NCBI RefSeq assembly: GCF_028641065.1
Contig: NC_073386.1
Location: forward strand, 40,796,001 to 40,860,000
Source: Leucoraja erinacea
Lineage: Eukaryota
Direction: 5' to 3'
DNA length: 64,000 nucleotides
In this document: piece after piece, positions 60,901-64,000 of the stretch
How the letters are laid out: each line of letters begins with the position of its first letter
Position numbering within the stretch: position 1 is the stretch's first letter
Position numbers and translations under genes: made by a program
The notes under the pieces: model-generated
Seen by the model: the letters and a program-made list of their open reading frames with translations, nothing else
The model's database searches: none
What the model was told of the DNA's origin: nothing

Positions 60901-63900
60901 CAGGATACTTCCTCGTGTGAACCACAGTATTCTCTGGGTTCCCTATTGTACACAACAGTTTACCATGGCCTGTAGTAGTACACTCCACAATATTCCCTTG
61001 GGAATATCCCTTTGAACAGTCAACAGCACTCCTCCGTGAACACTCCAGGTTTAATTTACTTTAGTTTAGAGATACAGCATGGAAACAGGCCCTTCAGCTC
61101 ACCGAGTCTATATCGACCGTGGATCACCAGTTCACACTAGTTCTACATTATCCCACTTTCCCATCCACTCCCTATACACTTGGGGCAATTTAACTATAAA
61201 CCCAAACCCGTACAGATATCTTGTGGGATTTATTGGGATGTATTTGGCAAACTTTTATTCCATACACCCCCCCCCAGCAGTAATCCCTACAATTCATTTT
61301 ATGCACTGCACCGCATCTCCCATTCACTCCCTTCCTCACTGTATTCCCTGGGAAATCCCTGTAGTCCATCAGAACTCCTCACTGCACACCCCACTGTCAT
61401 TCCTGAGCCCCCCCCCCCCCTCCCCCCCTCGTGCACTCCACGGTATTCTCTGGGTACTAATACATGCCATAATATTTGCAGGATATTTACCCTTACACAC
61501 CCTCCAGTGTTCCCTAAGTTTGCCACAGACACACCACAGTATTCCCCACACTCTCCCATAAACACTGCAATATTCCAACTTCTATGCTCTATCTAAATAC
61601 CTGGGCAATCTTTGCCTTGGTCCCACATTTCTTTTCAACACAAATTATTCACCAGTCTCAGAGCAACCAAATCAATCTCATTCACCCACCAAGATTCCTG
61701 TCACATTTTCTCTCCCTGTCAATTCTCACACCAGCCACCTACACTGGGGGATAAATCCCTGATGTCCACCACGTCTTTGAGATGTGGGACTAAACCAGAG
61801 AACCCACACAAACACTTATCAGTTTGAGACTGGGTTACAGGAGCAGTGAGGGAACAACTGGGTCTTGGCTTCATGTTCAGCACAGATGTTGTGGGCTGAA
61901 GGGCCTGTTTCTGTGCTATACTGTTCAATGTACTAGCTGCATCTGTGTGCCTTATATGATTCCCATCACCACTGCTTATACAGCCAGTGGTGTTTCCCTT
62001 GGAAACATTTATCTAAATTAATGTCATTTGTAAAAATCTCTCACAGGAGGTTGAAGCATGTTTACTTTAGACTTGAGAAATATAGCACAGAAACAGGCCC
62101 TTTGGCCCACCGAGTGTGCGCTAATCAGCAATCACCCCATACATTACAACTACCCTACACACAAGGGATAATTTACAATTGTAAGCCGATTAACCTAGCA
62201 ACCTGTACGTATTTGGAGTGTGGGAGAAAAGCAGAGCACCCGGAGAAAACCCACGAGGTCACAGGGAGAACATACAAACTCCATGCAGACAGTACGAGTA
62301 GTCCGGTTCACACCCAGGACTCTGGCGCTGTAAGGCAACTCTACCGCTACGCCACTTCCCATCCCTTATGGTTTTAAGCTTTGCACATCAGTAACCCATG
62401 TTGCTTTTGGCTAAACCTGTCACAATTTAACTCCCCACCTAAGGCCAGCTGTAATTGGATTTGCCAAGAGAACCATAGAAACATAGAAAATAGGTGCAGG
62501 AGTAGGCCATTCGGCCCTTCGAGCCTGCACTGCCATTCAATATGATCATGGCTGATCATCCAACTCAGTATCCTGTACCTGCCTTCTCTCCATACCCCCT
62601 GATCCCTCTTTTCCTATTTCTGCAGGCAGTAAAAAACAGTTCCCTGTTTCATTGTCTGTCCCTTCCACGAGTTAAAATAACAACTGGAAAATATTAGATT
62701 AAAAAAATGATGGGATTGATTTAAGAGGTAGGGTTCACCAGGCACCGAGTCACAAGAAGCAAGATGCTGCCAAGTGAACTTTTGGAACAATTCTAAATGC
62801 ACTGATTTGAGTTCTAATTGATCAATAAACCATCCAGAGGGACCAAGATGAAGAAAGCTTTTTATAGACAAACATTAAAACATAATTGCCCAGTCGTAAG
62901 AGTCGCCCATTGAAGCTGAAAGCTTCCTTCAGATCAATGAACTGAGCTGGGGACTTTGCTGAAAATGTCAATTTAGATGACTAGAAGCTCTATAGGGCAG
63001 AGAATTACTGAGCTGAAGGGACATCCAGGCAGTCACTGTGGAATTAGTGTGAAAAGGAGCGGAAGAACACCAGGAAAGAAACCAAAGACTTATCTTAAAT
63101 TGTGATAAAATTGGGCCACAGAAGGCAAGCAAATCATGGGGACATATTTTCAGTGACTGAACTGGAAAACAAATTACTCTGAATTTGTATTTAACCAAAA
63201 GCAGACCTAGAGCACATTTGAGTAATGTGTACATTGTTTATTTTCTAAAAAGACCAAAACAAGTAGAGAAGTATTAGAGAAGGCATACGATGGAACCACA
63301 TGTGCCTTCTCTAATTGTGTTTCAGTGTTCACAAACTTTGCATTCGATCCAGACAGGATGCACTTTCCCATGCAAAAGGTGGCAGTAATGTTGAAAATAC
63401 TTCTGCAAATAGCAGTTGATATTGGGTTATTGTAATTTTAACTCAGATTTTTATTAAGTATGACTGAAAATGGGACAAGGGCATACTGATCATCCCCATG
63501 CGGTCCAGAGGTAGGAGGACTTGTCCATGTACCTGGTCCCATTTTCCCCCAATACCTGATATCCCACATCATTGGAGCTACAAGGATGTACGGTAACCCC
63601 GACACCCTCTGTTCCTTTTTTCTGATCCACCCAGGTCCTCTCACACGCATTTCCTTCCAAACCACCACCCAACCCTTTTCAACCTGGTTCCTTTCACCTA
63701 TCACCCACATAATCTAATGGATCCTCTTTTCTCTTCCCATACATGTCCTATCTGCCTACCATCCTTCCTTCCTTCCTTACTGAGCTCTACTTATCAACTT
63801 CTGCTTTCTTCACTCATCCCACTCCCCCACTGCCCATCAACCCCTCCTCATCTGCATCCAGCATGCCAGCTTTTTATCCCACATCATCTACCAAATCTCT

Positions 63901-64000
63901 TCTGTACTCCTTCCAGGAGTTTGGCATCCTTCCTACAACTGTTTGTGGGATAACTGTGCAGATGTCCTGGTAATGTGAAAGCTACTTTGGACATGAACCA

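Overview
Eukaryotic (vertebrate) genomic DNA. The repeat complement (HE1-like V-SINEs, CR1/HER1-like LINEs, Rex1 tails, Penelope remnants) points to a cartilaginous fish, probably a skate or ray; this is inference. Most of the window is a + strand retinoid X receptor gene, best matching RXRG. Coding exons 2-10 were reconstructed (18791-51918), all with GT-AG introns and consistent phases; exon 1 was not found and probably lies upstream. Tail-to-tail with it, on the - strand, is a compact two-exon gene (60337-60190 + 58383-58037, 164 aa) that the ORF track splits in two. It encodes a GNAT acetyltransferase of the non-vertebrate AANAT / yeast PAA1 type. The introns are packed with nested mobile elements. 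The most interesting signals are: (1) the NV-AANAT-like gene next to RXRG; (2) an abundant short Penelope-derived element carrying a minimal hammerhead-ribozyme core, inserting with TSDs and often as palindromes; (3) a perfect DR1+DR0 nuclear-receptor element inside the RXR gene itself; (4) a 15-copy minisatellite of E-box plus NR half-site; (5) an inverted ~1 kb duplication bracketing RXRG exon 2; (6) TA-flanked foldback MITEs, one with its empty target site preserved next to it. Repeat boundaries are approximate; exon boundaries were read base by base.
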